From contig JAISLQ010000072.1 in NCBI GenBank assembly GCA_031290885.1, forward strand, positions 1,790-65,789: DNA of 64,000 nt, given 5' to 3'. Made by a program: the position numbers and the translations under genes. The notes beneath the pieces were generated by a model that saw nothing but the letters and a program-made list of their open reading frames with translations, had not been told where the DNA came from and searched no databases. The stretch comes from Acidaminococcales bacterium. Lineage in GTDB: Bacteria > Bacillota > Negativicutes > Acidaminococcales > JAISLQ01. Shown here piece by piece: positions 18,728 through 28,342 of this stretch (positions are counted from its first letter, which is position 1; the number at the start of each line of letters is the position of its first letter).

Positions 18728-21106
18728 ATGTTAAAAAATGAGATATACGGCGTATTGTCCATCGGCGCGGCCATACTGTGTTCTTTCAGCATAGCCGGCG
18801 TTGGCTTGGGCGTTTTGGGTGGCTTGATAGCGAAGGCGCTCGCTTACGCTTTGGGGAGAGGCGCTTTTTTGCTGCCGGCATTGCTCCTTGGCAGCGGCGT
18901 GAAACACATATTGCGGCCCGAGGGCAAGCTATGCACGCGGGAGTCTTTGGCCGTCAGCGGTTTTTTCCTTGATTTGTTGGTTATTTTCCATCATTGGGCG
19001 GCGCCCGCCGGCAGCGAGCTTATGCCGGAATATTTGCTTTCCGGCGGCGGCGCGGCCAGCGGCTTGGTTCTGTTTTTGTGCAGGAAGGCGCTAGGTTTGG
19101 CCGGCACGTGGGTTTTGCTGGTGGCCGCCGCCCTTTGCCTGGCCATACTGGCTTTTAAGCTGTCCTTGAAAAAAGTCGCCGTAAATACCGGAAAAACTGT
19201 CGGCGCGGCCGCCGCCGTGATGACGAATCCCGGCAAGCGGGCGAGGAAAGATTCTTTTTTCGATTATGAAGATGTTTTGAGCAAAGATGTTTTTTCCCAA
19301 GCGGAAGGCAAAAGCGCACGGAAGGAGCCGACCGGTACGGTTGGCGCGGAAGTAGCCGGCGAGCCGGACGATATTTATAAGGCGGAGCGCCCGGAAAGCC
19401 CGGCGCCGCTCCTTGAGGCGGATGCCGGCCGGGATGCGCCGGACGGGCGCGCCGAACGCGCCGAAATGGAAATGGGGCAAAGCGCGCCGATTTCGCAATG
19501 CCCTGCCGAAGCGGAAAACGGCGCTATGGTTTTTGCGCTGGATCTGGGCGATCCGGCGGACGCGCCGACGATCAACGCGGCCGGCGGCGGGGAAAAGGCG
19601 GCGCCGGCGGACGGGATTTTTGCTGCGGCGGATGGCGGGGAGAGCTTTTATAAATTTCCGCACCTTGGCCTTTTGCAACACACGGAAAGCGCGGGCGGGA
19701 AAAATTTCGCCGAAGAATCGGACAAGCAGGCGGCTGTTTTGGAACAGACGCTGGCCGATTTTAAAGTGGCGGCCAAAATTGTCAATATCGTTACCGGCCC
19801 TTCCGTAACCAGGTTCGAGCTGGAGCCCGCGCCCGGGGTGAAGGTAAGCAGGATTACGAGTTTGACGGATGACTTGACTTTGCGCCTTGCGGTTTCCGGG
19901 ATAAGGATCGAAACTTCCGTGCCGGGCAAATCCGTGATGGGCATCGAAGTGCCCAGGGCAACCGCCGATCCAGTGCTGTTTTATGACGTTGTCGCCTCCG
20001 GCGAATTCAAAAATGCCCATTCCAGGCTGGCAATGGCTTTGGGCAAGGATATCGCCGGCAGGACGGTTGTGGCGGATATCGGGAAAATGCCGCATCTTTT
20101 GGTGGCAGGTTCGACCGGTTCGGGCAAAAGCGTTTGCATCAATACCATCATAAATAGCATTTTGTTCAAAGCGTCGCCCACAGAAGTGAAATTTATCATG
20201 ATCGATCCCAAAGTGGTTGAACTAAACACTTATAACGGCATACCGCACCTTTTGACGCCGGTCGTTACCAACGCGAAAAAAGCGGCTTCGGCCCTTTGCT
20301 GGGCGGTCGAGGAAATGGAGAGGCGCTATGGGCTGTTTGCCGAAACCGGCGCGCGCCAAATTTCCGGCTATAACGATATCAGCGCGGAGAAGCTTCCCTA
20401 TATTGTCGTTATAATCGATGAATTGGCCGATCTTATGATGGCGGCGCCCAGCGACGTGGAAAACGCCATCTGCCGTCTGGCCCAGAAGGCCAGGGCTGCC
20501 GGGCTGCATCTTATTTTGGCTACGCAGAGGCCGTCGGTCGATGTCATAACGGGCATAATCAAGGCCAATATACCGTCGCGCATCGCTTTTGCCGTTTCCT
20601 CGCAAATTGATTCGCGGACAATATTGGACGCCGGCGGCGCGGAGAAGCTTTTGGGCAGGGGGGACATGCTGTATTACCCGTCCGGCGCCGGCAAGCCTTT
20701 GCGTTTGCAGGGGGCTTTTATTTCCGACCGGGAAATAGAAAATATTGTCAGCTGCATAAAAGAGCAGTCTATTCCCGTGGAGTACAGCGACGATGTGACG
20801 GAATTTTCCCTGCCCAGCGATAAGGCCGCCGATTCTCCCCTTAGATATCAGGACAATATGGGCGCGCAGGATGAGCTGTTGAAAGAAGCCGTGGATTTGG
20901 TCATGCAGACAGGACAGGCGTCCGCTTCTTTGTTGCAGCGGCGTCTGCGCATCGGCTACGCAAGGGCCGGGCGGCTGGTGGACATTATGGAAGAGATGGG
21001 CATAGCCGGCCCGGCTACGGGCAACAGCAAACCGCGGGACCTGCTGATGACGCATGAGGAGGCAATAAGAGCCATAGGCGCTTGCGGCGGCGATGCGGAC
21101 AAATGA
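18728..21106 (+). CDS. ftsK: DNA translocase FtsK/SpoIIIE
   Basis: N-terminal membrane helices and a low-complexity linker. Motor domain with Walker A GSTGSGKS and Walker [12 protein letters not shown]-terminal winged-helix gamma domain ([22 protein letters not shown]). Start is uncertain (18611, 18689 or 18728). Confidence 0.9.
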   Translation: MLKNEIYGVLSIGAAILCSFSIAGVGLGVLGGLIAKALAYALGRGAFLLPALLLGSGVKHILRPEGKLCTRESLAVSGFFLDLLVIFHHWAAPAGSELMPEYLLSGGGAASGLVLFLCRKALGLAGTWVLLVAAALCLAILAFKLSLKKVAVNTGKTVGAAAAVMTNPGKRARKDSFFDYEDVLSKDVFSQAEGKSARKEPTGTVGAEVAGEPDDIYKAERPESPAPLLEADAGRDAPDGRAERAEMEMGQSAPISQCPAEAENGAMVFALDLGDPADAPTINAAGGGEKAAPADGIFAAADGGESFYKFPHLGLLQHTESAGGKNFAEESDKQAAVLEQTLADFKVAAKIVNIVTGPSVTRFELEPAPGVKVSRITSLTDDLTLRLAVSGIRIETSVPGKSVMGIEVPRATADPVLFYDVVASGEFKNAHSRLAMALGKDIAGRTVVADIGKMPHLLVAGSTGSGKSVCINTIINSILFKASPTEVKFIMIDPKVVELNTYNGIPHLLTPVVTNAKKAASALCWAVEEMERRYGLFAETGARQISGYNDISAEKLPYIVVIIDELADLMMAAPSDVENAICRLAQKARAAGLHLILATQRPSVDVITGIIKANIPSRIAFAVSSQIDSRTILDAGGAEKLLGRGDMLYYPSGAGKPLRLQGAFISDREIENIVSCIKEQSIPVEYSDDVTEFSLPSDKAADSPLRYQDNMGAQDELLKEAVDLVMQTGQASASLLQRRLRIGYARAGRLVDIMEEMGIAGPATGNSKPRDLLMTHEEAIRAIGACGGDADK

Positions 21107-21117
21107 TGCGGCTTTAA

Positions 21118-21251
21118 GGTTAAAATCATAAGGCCTTCGCGGTCGGTTTATCGCCTTGCTTTCCTAAAGCCTCGCCGATGCGAGCCCGCGTTTTGCGCCG
21201 CGCCGGACGGTAAATTATCGCGCTCCTATCCGTGTTTTAATCTGAGAACAG
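21118..21251. repeat. MITE-like intergenic element, copy 1
   Basis: Aligns over its whole length with the reverse complement of 35922-36082. Shared blocks are ttaaaatcat, ttatcgcc, ctaaagcctcgccga, gcgttttgcgccgc and the terminal ttttaatctgagaacag. Confidence 0.7.
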
Positions 21252-21281
21252 TATAAATTGCGACAAGAAGGAGGGGCAGGG

Positions 21282-22163
21282 TTGCCTAAAGTTGGAGAAT
21301 TACTTCGTGACGAGCGTGAACGCCAGGGGATTACGCTGCGCGATATTGAGACGGCGACGAGCATAAGGCTGCGCTATCTTCAGGCTATCGAAGGCAGCGA
21401 TTATTCGGCTTTGCCCGGCAATGTCTATGCCAAAGGATTTGTGCGCAATTACGCGATAACTTTAGGCTTGGACGAGACGGAATTTGTAAATATGTATAAA
21501 TTGGAATTGGACGCTTCTTCGCAAAAACAGGGAGATGCCGCCGCGATAAATGAGGCGCCATCGGCCAAGAAGGCGCGCGCGGCTAAAAAGGCGCCGCCGG
21601 ACAAAGACGGGGACGGCTCGGAGTTGGAAAAGCTGTATCTTGTGCCCAAGGAACAAATACAAAGCAAAAAACCTGTTGCGGCGCAAAAAAAGAGGATTTG
21701 GCCTTTTTTGACGCTGCTGCTGCTTTTTTTCTCGCTCGCCGGCATGGTGGCTTACGTCCTTTCGACTTTTTCCGGCAGCGGCATGCCGCCCGTTGCGCGA
21801 CCTGCGCCCAATAATCAGCCTGCCGCGCCGCCGCCGGCTGAGCCGCCGCGAAGGGTGCCGGTGCGCCTTTCTTATGAAGAGAGCGGCAGGATAACGATTG
21901 TGCCCGGCGACAATGTAGTTGACGCCATTACGGCGGTCGTGGAAAGCGCCGGCAACTGCTGGGCGATGGTGGTCGCCGATCGCGCCCAAGTTTACGAGGG
22001 AATTTTAAGCGGCGGACAAAAGATGAATTGGCATGCCAAAGAAGAATTATACGTCAAGTTCGGCAATGCCGGCGTGATAAAAATGTCCGTAAACGGCATG
22101 CCGGTCGCTTTGCCCGGCGCAACCGGGCCGGTGACGGAGCTGACCGTCAGCATAGCAAGGTAA
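21282..22163 (+). CDS. rodZ: RodZ-like helix-turn-helix membrane protein (HTH + TM + DUF4115)
   Basis: N-terminal HTH (LRDERERQGITLRDIETATSIRLRYLQAIE), one TM segment (IWPFLTLLLLFFSLAGMVAYVL), and a C-terminal DUF4115-like beta domain. TTG 21282 follows AAGGAGG. Confidence 0.8.
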   Translation: MPKVGELLRDERERQGITLRDIETATSIRLRYLQAIEGSDYSALPGNVYAKGFVRNYAITLGLDETEFVNMYKLELDASSQKQGDAAAINEAPSAKKARAAKKAPPDKDGDGSELEKLYLVPKEQIQSKKPVAAQKKRIWPFLTLLLLFFSLAGMVAYVLSTFSGSGMPPVARPAPNNQPAAPPPAEPPRRVPVRLSYEESGRITIVPGDNVVDAITAVVESAGNCWAMVVADRAQVYEGILSGGQKMNWHAKEELYVKFGNAGVIKMSVNGMPVALPGATGPVTELTVSIAR

Positions 22164-22190
22164 GAAAGCAAGAGGCGCTGTCAGGATAAG

Positions 22191-24056
22191 ATGTGTCGCG
22201 ATTTTTTGGTTATGGACAAAGAGGATATGGAAAAAAGAGGCTGGCGGCAGTTGGACTTTCTTTTTGTAAGCGGGGATGCTTATGTTGACCATCCGGCTTT
22301 TTCTACTGCGGTAATCGGCCGGGTATTGGAAAGGGAAGGGTACAAGGTCGGCTTGATCTGCCAGCCCGACTGGCGCTTTGTCCAAGACTTTAAAAGTCTG
22401 GGCAGGCCGCGCCTGGGGGTACTAGTATCGGCGGGCAACCTTGATTCCATGCTGAACAAGTACACGGCGGCCAAAAAAAAGCGCGCCGCAGACGATTATT
22501 CGCCCGGCGGACAGCCTAACCGCCGCCCGGATCGGGCAACTATTGTTTATTGCAACAGGATAAGGCAAATCTGGAAAAACATCCCTTTGGTCGTTGGCGG
22601 CATAGAAGCCAGCCTGCGGCGGTTCACGCATTACGATCACTGGTCGGACAGCATCAGGCGTTCGATCCTGATTGATTGCAAGGCGGACCTTCTGGTTTAC
22701 GGCATGGGCGAAAGGCAGGTCGCCGCTATTGCCGATTGCTTGGCGGGCGGCATGGCGCCGGATCAGATCAGGCATATCGACGGGACGGCTTTTGTGGAAA
22801 GCGACATTGCGGCGCTTGACGGCGACCATGTGCAACTGCCTTCGCACGAGGCGATTGTCAATGACAAGGCCGCTTTCGCGGAAGCTTTTCGGTTGCAGGA
22901 CGGGCAGCAGGATCCCATCAGGGGGAAAATGCTGGCGCAGAAAACCGGCGGCGTTTACGTTGTGCAAAGAAAGCCGGCTTATCCGCTTAACGCCGCGGAA
23001 CTTGACGCCATATACGATCTGCCTTATCGAAGGGCTTGTCATCCTTCTTACGAAATATACGGCGGCGTTCCGGCCATACAAGAAGTTTCTTGCGGCATAG
23101 TAAGCCATCGCGGCTGTTTTGGCGGCTGCGCGTTTTGCGCCATCCACGCCCATCAGGGGCGGATAGTTCAGGCAAGGAGCCACGGCTCTATTTTGCGGGA
23201 AGCGCGGGCGATTGCCAAATTGCCTTGCTTCAAAGGCTATATCAACGATTTGGGAGGGCCGACCGCCAATTTCCGGCACGCTGCCTGCAAAAAGCAAATG
23301 CAACAGGGCAGCTGCCTCAACCGGCAATGCCTTTTCCCGAGGCCATGCGCGAACCTTGACGCCGACCATAGCGATTATCTGTCGCTTTTGCGAAAATTGA
23401 GGGAAATTGACGGGGTCAGGAAGGTATTCATCCGTTCCGGTGTCCGGTACGATTATCTTTTGGCGGATAAAAACGAGGATTTTTTGCGTGAGCTTTGTCA
23501 GCATCATATCAGCGGGCAGTTGAAAATAGCGCCTGAACATGCCAGCAAAAAGGTTTTGGCGGCCATGCGCAAGCCGGGAAGGGAAAAATATCTCCAGTTT
23601 GCCGAAAAATACGAAAAGGTGAACACAGAACTCGGCAAGCGTCAATATCTCGTGCCTTATTATATGTCCGGGCATCCCGGCGCCACTTTGGAACACGCGG
23701 TGGAATTGGCCGAATTTATCAGGGATACGGGACAATTCCCCAAACAGGTGCAAGAGTTCATTCCTACGCCGGGCAGTTGCGCGACGGCCATGTACTATGC
23801 GGAGGCGGATCCATTCACCGGTCAGGAGCTTTATGTCGCAAAAGACGCCATAGACAAGGCTATGCAGAGGGCGCTTTTGCAGTACAAAAATCCGAAAAAT
23901 TACTCTTTGGTTTTGCGGGCCTTGGAAAAAACGGGGCGGCTTGATTTGGCCGGGCCGGGCAAAAATTGTTTGATCGGTCCGCCGCCAAAGAAAACGAGGC
24001 AAAAACCGGCTTCGGCAAAAAAGAAAGCGCCATCGCGGCGGATAATGGATAAATGA
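22191..24056 (+). CDS. ygiQ: YgiQ family radical SAM protein (UPF0313)
   Basis: N-terminal GWRQLDFLFVSGDAYVDHPAF signature and a cysteine cluster HRGCFGGCAFC. 621 aa with a basic tail. Confidence 0.9.
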   Translation: MCRDFLVMDKEDMEKRGWRQLDFLFVSGDAYVDHPAFSTAVIGRVLEREGYKVGLICQPDWRFVQDFKSLGRPRLGVLVSAGNLDSMLNKYTAAKKKRAADDYSPGGQPNRRPDRATIVYCNRIRQIWKNIPLVVGGIEASLRRFTHYDHWSDSIRRSILIDCKADLLVYGMGERQVAAIADCLAGGMAPDQIRHIDGTAFVESDIAALDGDHVQLPSHEAIVNDKAAFAEAFRLQDGQQDPIRGKMLAQKTGGVYVVQRKPAYPLNAAELDAIYDLPYRRACHPSYEIYGGVPAIQEVSCGIVSHRGCFGGCAFCAIHAHQGRIVQARSHGSILREARAIAKLPCFKGYINDLGGPTANFRHAACKKQMQQGSCLNRQCLFPRPCANLDADHSDYLSLLRKLREIDGVRKVFIRSGVRYDYLLADKNEDFLRELCQHHISGQLKIAPEHASKKVLAAMRKPGREKYLQFAEKYEKVNTELGKRQYLVPYYMSGHPGATLEHAVELAEFIRDTGQFPKQVQEFIPTPGSCATAMYYAEADPFTGQELYVAKDAIDKAMQRALLQYKNPKNYSLVLRALEKTGRLDLAGPGKNCLIGPPPKKTRQKPASAKKKAPSRRIMDK

Positions 24057-24069
24057 GGTATTTTGCTCA

Positions 24070-25410
24070 ATGCGCGTAAAAGTAGGGCTGATAAGCCTTG
24101 GCTGCCCCAAAAACCTCGCCGATTCCGAGAATATGCTGGGAATACTTGAGGAGAGCGGCTTTGGCATTACAGGCAACCCGGACGAGGCCGATGTTATAAT
24201 AGTAAACACCTGCGGTTTTATTGAACAGGCCAAAGAAGAGTCGATTGAAGCGATTTTGCAGATGGCCGCCTGCAAAAAAACCGGAAAATGCCGCGCCCTT
24301 GTCGTTGCCGGCTGCTTGGGGGAACGGTACGCCGATGAGCTGTGGGCGCAAATGCCGGAAATTGACGCGATAACGCGCGCTCACGGCTGGGTAGACATAG
24401 CCGGCGTGATCGCGCGGGTTTTAAAGGGGGAAAGGGTCCTGCTCAACCCGGCGGCGGCGGTTACCGTCCGCCAGCCCAGAAAACTTACCGCGCCGGGCGT
24501 GTCGGCTTATCTTAAAATTGCCGAAGGCTGCGACAACGCTTGTTCCTATTGCGTCATCCCGCGCATACGCGGGCCTTACGCCAGCAAACGGATGGAGGCG
24601 GTACTGGCGGAAGCCCGGGATTTGGCGGCGGCCGGCGTCAAAGAGATAATTGTAGTTGCGCAGGACGTAACAAGATATGGCGAAGATTTATATGGCAAGC
24701 CGCTTTTGCCGGATCTGCTTTCGGAAATAGCGAAATTGCCGGAAATTGAATGGATACGGATATTATACGCCTATCCCCGGCATATTACCGATGATTTGCT
24801 CGACGTTATGGCTGGCGAGAAGAAGATTTGTAAATATATTGATATTCCTTTGCAGCACGCCAGCGATTCGGTACTGGCGAGAATGAACCGCAAGGACAGG
24901 AAAAGCGACATAAGGCGTATTCTGGCGAAAATGCGCGAGAAAATGCCGGAGATTGCCGTAAGGACGACTTTTATCGCCGGGTTTCCGGGCGAAACCGCCG
25001 CAGAGTACGCCGAATTAAAAGATTTTCTGCTGGAACAGAGGTTTGACAGAGTGGGAATATTTGCTTATTCGCGGGAAGAGGGAACCGCCGCCGCCGCGAT
25101 GCCGCAGGTGAAGAAGAAGGTCATGGGCAGGCGCTATGATGAATTAATGTCTTTGCAGGCGGAAATATCCGAAAAAATTAATAAAGGCGCGGAAGGCAGG
25201 GAGTTGACTGTATTGGTGGAAACCGCCGGGCAAGCCGGCGGACAAAGGGTGGCTGAAGGGCGCTCTTACCGTGAGGCGCCGGAAATAGACGGGGTGGTTT
25301 ATTTGGAAAAAGCCGGCGGATGCCAGCCGGGAACGTTTGTCAGGGCAAAAATAACGCAGGGATTTGCCTATGACGTTTTGGCGGAAGTTGTTCGCGGTGC
25401 CCCCGGCTAA
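24070..25410 (+). CDS. rimO: ribosomal protein S12 methylthiotransferase RimO
   Basis: MTTase N-domain (LISLGCPKNLADSE), radical SAM motif EGCDNACSYCVIP, and a C-terminal TRAM domain. Confidence 0.93.
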   Translation: MRVKVGLISLGCPKNLADSENMLGILEESGFGITGNPDEADVIIVNTCGFIEQAKEESIEAILQMAACKKTGKCRALVVAGCLGERYADELWAQMPEIDAITRAHGWVDIAGVIARVLKGERVLLNPAAAVTVRQPRKLTAPGVSAYLKIAEGCDNACSYCVIPRIRGPYASKRMEAVLAEARDLAAAGVKEIIVVAQDVTRYGEDLYGKPLLPDLLSEIAKLPEIEWIRILYAYPRHITDDLLDVMAGEKKICKYIDIPLQHASDSVLARMNRKDRKSDIRRILAKMREKMPEIAVRTTFIAGFPGETAAEYAELKDFLLEQRFDRVGIFAYSREEGTAAAAMPQVKKKVMGRRYDELMSLQAEISEKINKGAEGRELTVLVETAGQAGGQRVAEGRSYREAPEIDGVVYLEKAGGCQPGTFVRAKITQGFAYDVLAEVVRGAPG

Positions 25411-25499
25411 AACACGGATAATGTTCAAGGGCCGATTGGCCGCAAGGTCGGGGGGGCTTTGACCGGGGAGGGTAGAGTCTTGGATAGAAAGGATTGTTT

Positions 25500-26753
25500 A
25501 TGCGAGTAGAAATCGTAAGTACGGGCACGGAGCTCTTGCTGGGGGAAATAGTCAACGCTAACTTTCGATATCTGGCTGAACGCTTAAACGCGCTGGGCTT
25601 TGACGTGCTTTATGAAACCACGGTCGGCGACAATTGGGAAAGGATGAAGGAGGTCATAAGCCGCGCCGCAGAACGGGCCGACATAGTTGTAACCACCGGC
25701 GGATTAGGCCCTACGCCGGGAGATATTACCAAAGAAGTTACGGCGGAAGTGCTGCAAAAAAAACTTGTTCTCAATAAAGGGGTTGAGGATAAAATCAGGG
25801 GCATATTTGCCGCCCGACAAATGGAAATGACCGCCAACAACATTAAGCAGGCCATGGTTCCCGAAGGTTGCGAGGTCATTGACAATGAGCGGGGGACCGC
25901 GCCGGGAATTTTCGCGGCGGACGGTGCGCGTGTTATAATAAATTTGCCGGGGCCGCCGGGCGAGTTGGCTTATATGTTTGAAAACAAGGCCGCGCCTTTA
26001 TTGCTGGAGAAATATGGGGCGCAGGGCGTCAACTATTCGCGTGTCCTGCGGCTGGCGGGCATGGGGGAGTCTATGGCCGCGGAAAAGCTCCATGACCTGA
26101 TAACGGGCCAGAGCAACCCGACGATAGCTTTGTACGCGCGCCAGGGCGAATTGATAGTAAGGCTTACCGCTAAAGCCGCCGATACCGCTAAGGCCGATCT
26201 GCTGCTTGACGGCATGGAACGGGAGGTGCGCAAAAGGGTAGATGCTGTTTACGGCGTAAACGATGAAAGCCTGCCTGCCGTTTTGGGCAAATGGCTGAGT
26301 GAGCGCCGCCTGACAATCGCTTTGGCCGAATCTTGCACCGGCGGGCTCGCCAGCAGCATGTTGACGGACATACCGGGCAGTTCGGGGTATTTCCTGGGGT
26401 CGGTAGTCAGTTACAGCAACCAGGCGAAAACCGGCGTAATTGACGTAGACGGCGGCGCCATAGCCGCAGAAGGCGCGGTGAGCGAAATTGTGGCCAAGCA
26501 GATGGCCGAAGGCGCCGCCCGTTTGTTTGCCGCCGACGTTGGCGTGGGAATAACGGGCATAGCCGGACCTGGCGGCGCCAGCGCGGAAAAGCCGGTGGGA
26601 ACCGTGTATGTGTCCGTGTTTTTTCAGGGGACTGCCGCCGCGAAGAAATTTTTGTTTGGCGGCGGCCGCTTGGAGATAAAATTAAGGACAGCAAAATCCG
26701 CTATTTTTTATGTATTGGCTGAATTAAAAAAATATAATTTTGAAAGGAAATGA
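25500..26753 (+). CDS. cinA: competence/damage-inducible protein CinA (MoCF-binding + nicotinamide-nucleotide amidase domains)
   Basis: MRVEIVSTGTELLLGEIVNAN N-terminus, TGGLGPT motif, and a C-terminal PncC-like LAESCTGG. Confidence 0.9.
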   Translation: MRVEIVSTGTELLLGEIVNANFRYLAERLNALGFDVLYETTVGDNWERMKEVISRAAERADIVVTTGGLGPTPGDITKEVTAEVLQKKLVLNKGVEDKIRGIFAARQMEMTANNIKQAMVPEGCEVIDNERGTAPGIFAADGARVIINLPGPPGELAYMFENKAAPLLLEKYGAQGVNYSRVLRLAGMGESMAAEKLHDLITGQSNPTIALYARQGELIVRLTAKAADTAKADLLLDGMEREVRKRVDAVYGVNDESLPAVLGKWLSERRLTIALAESCTGGLASSMLTDIPGSSGYFLGSVVSYSNQAKTGVIDVDGGAIAAEGAVSEIVAKQMAEGAARLFAADVGVGITGIAGPGGASAEKPVGTVYVSVFFQGTAAAKKFLFGGGRLEIKLRTAKSAIFYVLAELKKYNFERK

Positions 26754-26761
26754 ATAAATAA

Positions 26762-28342
26762 ATGTCTACAAATCAAACCGGGGTTTTTGGGGATATTACC
26801 CTTGACCGCAAAATTGTGGCGGCTTTGACCGAAATGGGTTTCGAGGAGCCCTCGCCCATACAGACGCAAACGATACCGCTGGTCCTGTCAGGGGTCGACG
26901 TGATCGGCCAGGCGCAGACCGGCACAGGGAAAACTGCGGCCTTTGGCATACCAATAATCCAAAATCTTATTGATACGCGCAAGATACAGGCTTTGATCAT
27001 GACGCCTACCCGTGAGCTGGCCATCCAAGTAGCGGAAGAATTGGGGAAAATAGGGCGCTTGCGCCGAGTCAAGGTTTTGCCGGTTTACGGCGGGCAGCCG
27101 ATTGAGCGGCAAATACGTGCGCTGCGCCTGGGAGTGCAGATAGTCATCGGTACGCCGGGCCGTCTGCTGGATCACATCCGGCGGGATACGATAAAAATTG
27201 ACAGCATAAGGCATCTCGTGCTGGACGAAGCCGACGAGATGCTGGACATGGGTTTTATCGACGACATTGAGTCAATCATCAAAAATACGCCCGAAGACAG
27301 GCAGACCCTGCTTTTTTCCGCCACCATGCCAAAACCTATCGTGCGCCTAGCGGAAAAGTACATGCACAAGCCCCAGCTTGTTACGGTAAGCAAGGAGGAA
27401 CTTACCGTTCCTTTAATTGATCAATTTTATTATGAGACCAATGACAAGCTGGACGGGCTTTGCCGGGTTCTGGACGTTGAAAACACGGTAAAAACAATTA
27501 TTTTCTGCCGCACGAAAAAAGGCGTGGATGAATTGGCGGTCGCGCTTGGCAACAGGGGATACTTGGCGGAAGCGCTGCACGGCGATCTTAGCCAGAACCA
27601 GCGCGACCGGGTAATGAAAAAATTTCGCGAAGGCCGTTCGGATATCCTGATTGCCACCGACGTCGCCGCCCGCGGCTTGGACATAGACAACATAACTCAT
27701 TCCATTAATTATGACATACCGCAGGACCCGGAAAGTTACGTGCACCGGATCGGCCGGACCGGGCGCGCCGGCAACAAGGGCACTGCCCTGACTTTTATCA
27801 CGTCGCGCGAGTTTCGCCAGTTGAAAATAATCGAAAAGGTCATCAATACCCGCATTACGCGGAAAAACCTTCCTACGGCCGTAAATGTGCTGGAACGGCA
27901 GCGGGAGACGATCTTGTCGCGTATGTTCGCCGTCCTGGAACAGGGCAAATTGGAAAACTATAAACCCATACTCGAGGAACTGCTTGATTCGTATGCGGCC
28001 GAGGACATAGCGGCCGCCGCCCTGAAACTGATGCAGGAAGGGGCAAAGGCCCTGGTGCCGGAGGACAAGCCGTCTTTCGCCGGTACCGGCGCCCGGGGCG
28101 GGATGGTGCGCCTGTTTATGAATGTGGGGCGCCAGCAGAAAATAGCGCCGGAGGACATTGTCCGCACGATCGCGAGCGAAGCCGATATCCCGGGCAGCGT
28201 CATCGGCCTGATAAACATTTACGATAAATTCACTTTTGTCGAGATACCGGAAAACATGGCGGAAAAAGTGATAAACGTCATGCACAGGGGAAACATCAAA
28301 GGCTACAAGGTCAATGTCGAACTGGCGCGCGGACGCGATTGA
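26762..28342 (+). CDS. DEAD-box ATP-dependent RNA helicase with DbpA-type C-terminal RNA-binding domain
   Basis: Q motif, AQTGTGKT, DEAD, SAT and HRIGRTGRAG motifs. The C-terminal VRLFMNVGRQQKIAPEDIV segment resembles a DbpA RNA-binding domain. Confidence 0.92.
   Translation: MSTNQTGVFGDITLDRKIVAALTEMGFEEPSPIQTQTIPLVLSGVDVIGQAQTGTGKTAAFGIPIIQNLIDTRKIQALIMTPTRELAIQVAEELGKIGRLRRVKVLPVYGGQPIERQIRALRLGVQIVIGTPGRLLDHIRRDTIKIDSIRHLVLDEADEMLDMGFIDDIESIIKNTPEDRQTLLFSATMPKPIVRLAEKYMHKPQLVTVSKEELTVPLIDQFYYETNDKLDGLCRVLDVENTVKTIIFCRTKKGVDELAVALGNRGYLAEALHGDLSQNQRDRVMKKFREGRSDILIATDVAARGLDIDNITHSINYDIPQDPESYVHRIGRTGRAGNKGTALTFITSREFRQLKIIEKVINTRITRKNLPTAVNVLERQRETILSRMFAVLEQGKLENYKPILEELLDSYAAEDIAAAALKLMQEGAKALVPEDKPSFAGTGARGGMVRLFMNVGRQQKIAPEDIVRTIASEADIPGSVIGLINIYDKFTFVEIPENMAEKVINVMHRGNIKGYKVNVELARGRD

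Noticed and set aside
22422-24275. 617-aa ORF antisense to almost the entire ygiQ gene
   Set aside because: Its composition is R/P/F/L-rich with no recognisable motifs, while the opposite strand encodes an unmistakable YgiQ radical SAM protein. Long antisense ORFs are expected in this GC-rich, codon-biased DNA.
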